The notes under the pieces: model-generated
Told to the model about the DNA's origin: nothing
Seen by the model: the letters and a program-made list of their open reading frames with translations, nothing else
Databases searched by the model: none
Position numbers and translations under genes: made by a program
Origin: Nanobdellota archaeon
GTDB taxonomy: Archaea; Nanobdellota; Nanobdellia; SCGC-AAA011-G17; JACPIM01
NCBI GenBank assembly: GCA_038046025.1
Contig: JBBSWZ010000075.1
Coordinates: 1 to 36,491 of the forward strand
Reading direction: 5' to 3'
DNA length: 36,491 bases
Shown here: positions 34,279-36,491 of the stretch, in pieces
Numbering within the stretch: position 1 is the stretch's first letter
How the letters are laid out: each line of letters opens with the position of its first letter

Positions 34279-35037
34279 TTAATAGTATTTATTATCTAGG
34301 GCAGGAACTTTGATGTTTGGTCTTTTTGTTGCAACTATTAATGTTACTGCCTCTTTATTCAATTCATTGGGTTCTTTTCTGATCCAGTGCTTTCCTTCTT
34401 TTACATAGAATTTTTGCTCTTCTATGACAAACTCTTTGAATAAATCTTGGATATCTTCTTGACCATAGACGCGACCTTCAGATCTTACTTGAGATTTACC
34501 AAATGGTGTTGTTAAGATTAATCTTCCATCTGATTTTAATATTTTATAGATTATTTTTAAACATTCTTTATCTTTTCTATTATCTTCCTTTCCTGGTTTT
34601 TCTCCTAAAGCATATTCTAGGCCCATATGTTCTATTGTTGATATGCATGTAACTACATCATATGATTTATCTTGAAACGATAATTTTGTTATGTCTCCTC
34701 TTTGTAGTGTAAAGTTAGGATGTTCAAATGGATATTTTTTTATGTCTAATCCTGTAACTGTATGACCTAATGATGCCATTTCTAATGGTAAGATAGAATC
34801 AGCACATCCTATGTCTAGGATTTTAGATTTTACATTTGGTAGATGGTTTAATGCAAATGGCCTTTCTATTATTCGTTCATTTACGTTGTAATTCATTAAT
34901 TTAGTTTTAAATAAGAATATCTTTGATAATTCTATGAATCCTTTTAAAATTCTAGTTGGTTTTCTTGATATTAAATAGAATGAAAGAGGATAATTTAGGT
35001 ATTTGTAATTATTATAAAACCAAGATTGAAATCCCAT
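34279..35037 (-). CDS. Class I SAM-dependent methyltransferase
   Basis: 252 aa. Motif I is ILDIGCADS. ...TGLDI.... YDVVTCISTIEHMG. Confidence 0.7.
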   Translation of the reverse strand: MGFQSWFYNNYKYLNYPLSFYLISRKPTRILKGFIELSKIFLFKTKLMNYNVNERIIERPFALNHLPNVKSKILDIGCADSILPLEMASLGHTVTGLDIKKYPFEHPNFTLQRGDITKLSFQDKSYDVVTCISTIEHMGLEYALGEKPGKEDNRKDKECLKIIYKILKSDGRLILTTPFGKSQVRSEGRVYGQEDIQDLFKEFVIEEQKFYVKEGKHWIRKEPNELNKEAVTLIVATKRPNIKVPALDNKYY

Positions 35038-35148
35038 AGTTTTGTTTGTTGTTGAATTATTTAAAAGCTTATCTAATCTTGGAAAATAGTGAATTTTGAT
35101 AGAAATGTTTATAAATTATGGCTTAAGGAGAGTTTTGGGGGATTATTA

Positions 35149-35727
35149 ATGATTGATACTGCAATAATTTTATCTTATAATAGAGAACCAGATGGTTCAT
35201 TTGGAGAAGAATATAGAAGTTTACTTGACTTTGGTATTAATTTATATTTTTCTAAAATAGTTTCTAGCTTAACTATGAGTGGAAAACATGGTAATAAAGA
35301 AGGAGAATTTGATACTACGCAAGCTGAGGATATGAAAGATTATGCTGTTGAAATGGGAGTTCCTGAAAAGGATGTCTTTGTAGAAGACAATTCAATTGAT
35401 ACTGTTGGTCAGGCTGTTTTTTCATACAGAGATATAGTTACTCATAGTAAGATAAAAAGTGCAATTATTGTGGTTTTTGATTATCATTTAACTAGAGCTG
35501 CTGCAATATTTGATTTTGTTTTTGGAGATAAGATAAGAAAAACATATGCACCCATACCAACTGAATTAATTAGAAATCCTGATATTAGAGCAGCTCAAGA
35601 AGAGAGTCTTGTTGCTTTTCTTGGTACTTTTGATGGTGTTGAAAGAGGTAATCTTGAAGCAATCCAAGATAGATTATTTGAAAAACATAGATTATATGTT
35701 GGAAAAAGAGAAGAGTTTGGAGGTTAA
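35149..35727 (+). CDS. DUF218 / YdcF/ElyC-family protein
   Basis: ...TTQAEDMKDYAVEMGVPEKDVFVEDNSIDTVGQA... and ...VVFDYHLTRAAAIF match the DUF218 layout (eA..m..y....Gvp...i..e..S.nT..n...; v.s.yH..Ra...f). The track start 35089 is GTG. ATG 35149 follows GGGGGA (35137-35142). Confidence 0.6.
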   Translation: MIDTAIILSYNREPDGSFGEEYRSLLDFGINLYFSKIVSSLTMSGKHGNKEGEFDTTQAEDMKDYAVEMGVPEKDVFVEDNSIDTVGQAVFSYRDIVTHSKIKSAIIVVFDYHLTRAAAIFDFVFGDKIRKTYAPIPTELIRNPDIRAAQEESLVAFLGTFDGVERGNLEAIQDRLFEKHRLYVGKREEFGG

Positions 35728-35821
35728 TTAGATGGTTGAAAGTCAAGTTTACCAGTAGTAAGTGCTTCAAATCTTGGTTTAGCAAAAAATATTTTACCAT
35801 ATGTGGCACTAGTTCAATAAA

Positions 35822-36491
35822 ATGGATAATCCTCTAATCTCTGTAATTATTAATAATTGGAATGGAAAAGAAGATACTAAAGGGGCAATTAAATCTTTTT
35901 TAGATAGTTCTTATAAAAATATTGAGGTAATATTTGTTGATATGGCTTCTGAAGATGGAAGTTATGAAGAAATTTCTAAGATTAAAAATGTTAAAGCTAT
36001 TCAAGCTGGTGCTAATTTGGGATTTGCCAATGGGATTATGAAAGGATATGAACATAGTAAAGGTGATTTTATTTTTACTTGTGATTCTGATGTTGAAGTA
36101 GGAAAAGATTGTTTTAAAAAATTAGTAGAAGCCGCTGAAAATAACCCTGAATTTAGTATTTTCTGTCCTGTTGAATATAACAGAGAGGATAGGAAAGTTT
36201 TACAACATTTTGGAATGTCAATTGATTTTACTGGATATCCTTATCCTTTGCATCATGATAATAAATTAGAAGATTTAAAAGATGAACAAATATTATATTT
36301 TTCTGGATCATGTTTATTTATTAAAAGAAACGTTATTAATAATCTTGGCTTTTTTGATAAAGATTATTTTATGTTTGTTGAAGATTTAGATTTCTGTTGG
36401 AGAGCAAATATTGCTGGGTATAGATTAAAATTAGTTAAAGATGCTGAGTTTTTTCATGCTGGTGGAGCTAAAGTTGGAGAAAAAAAAGAAA
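35822..36491 (+). CDS. GT2-family glycosyltransferase (partial, runs off window end)
   Basis: My own translation from ATG 35822 gives MDNPLISVIINNWNGKEDTKGAIKSFLDSSYKNIEVIFVDMASEDGS...ANLGFANG...CDSDVEV...FMFVEDLDFCWRA.... It shows a GT-A fold with a D-x-D and an ED-x-D-x-C-x-R motif. There is no stop before the window end, so it is absent from the ORF track. Confidence 0.75.
   Translation, partial: MDNPLISVIINNWNGKEDTKGAIKSFLDSSYKNIEVIFVDMASEDGSYEEISKIKNVKAIQAGANLGFANGIMKGYEHSKGDFIFTCDSDVEVGKDCFKKLVEAAENNPEFSIFCPVEYNREDRKVLQHFGMSIDFTGYPYPLHHDNKLEDLKDEQILYFSGSCLFIKRNVINNLGFFDKDYFMFVEDLDFCWRANIAGYRLKLVKDAEFFHAGGAKVGEKKE

Noticed and set aside
1077-35809. About 28 short ORFs (60-164 aa) in the six-frame track lie antisense to, or out of frame within, the long genes. 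Examples: 1077..1280+, 1616..1861+, 2004..2246+, 2867..3211+, 3221..3715+, 4595..4825+, 6536..6721-, 7381..7602-, 8658..8876-, 10401..10706-, 10746..10931-, 13180..13623+, 13337..13543+, 13861..14043+, 15138..15326+, 15669..15893-, 18895..19107-, 20078..20266+, 20385..20675+, 21643..21846+, 22081..22323+, 22818..23012+, 24161..24355+, 25884..26198-, 33416..33691+, 33750..33938+, 35585..35809-.
   Set aside because: Each is fully or largely embedded in a much longer ORF that has clear family motifs on the other strand or frame. Their translations are low-complexity (Leu/Phe/Ile/Ser-rich), and none has recognisable motifs or start signals. These are shadow ORFs.
1-36491. CRISPR arrays, tRNA or rRNA genes, and large direct repeats.
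   Set aside because: Intergenic spacers are short (mostly under 150 bp). Reading them by eye, I found no regularly spaced repeats, no cloverleaf-like GC-rich segments and no rRNA-like conserved stretches. A covariance-model scan (tRNAscan-SE, Infernal) would be needed to be certain.

Overview
This is an AT-rich, very gene-dense window with about 35 CDS, many with 1-8 nt start/stop overlaps. It reads as a cell-surface glycan biosynthesis island. The host looks archaeal, though the lineage cannot be fixed from this window. The grounds are TTTATATA/TTTATAAA boxes about 22-35 nt upstream of start codons, leaderless-looking genes mixed with GGAGG/GGTG-type ribosome-binding sites, and a membrane-anchored surface protein saturated with N-glycosylation sequons.

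Contents by class:
- Glycosyltransferases and export: two GT2 (one partial at the 3' edge), two GT4, and a Wzx-like flippase.
- Sugar-modifying enzymes: two DegT-family PLP enzymes (one with His replacing the Schiff-base Lys), a PseB/CapD-like 4,6-dehydratase, an RmlD-like reductase, a Gfo/Idh/MocA oxidoreductase and a hexapeptide acetyltransferase.
- Deacetylases: one PIG-L and one CE4.
- Methylation and radical chemistry: three class I methyltransferases, a B12-binding radical SAM enzyme and a radical SAM/SPASM enzyme.
- Other metabolism and membrane proteins: a CDP-alcohol phosphotransferase, NagB, acetyl-CoA synthetase, a DUF218 protein and an AlaE-like membrane protein.
- Mobile and selfish elements: one intact IS5/IS4-type element with terminal inverted repeats and an 8-bp target duplication, a VapBC module, and a RelE-like toxin with a convergent, untracked mini-antitoxin ORF.

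I saw no rRNA, tRNA or CRISPR array.

The most interesting candidate is the tightly coupled minus-strand operon at 176-5775. It encodes, in order, a PPDK/PEP-utilizer-type kinase (fused to an HxGH cytidylyltransferase domain), a peptidase-C26 amidohydrolase and a LicC-type nucleotidyltransferase. I recognise this enzyme triad from the Campylobacter jejuni O-methyl-phosphoramidate (MeOPN) capsule pathway. Here it has a different fourth component and sits near a variant CDP-alcohol phosphotransferase.

Other leads:
- A methyltransferase / Nudix-like / YihX-like HAD / Nudix-like operon that is split by the IS.
- A ColD/E1-type 3-dehydratase-like enzyme next to a SPASM radical SAM enzyme.
- A B12 radical SAM gene paired divergently with a DUF4346-like gene.

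All family assignments come from motif reading by eye and need HMM/BLAST confirmation.
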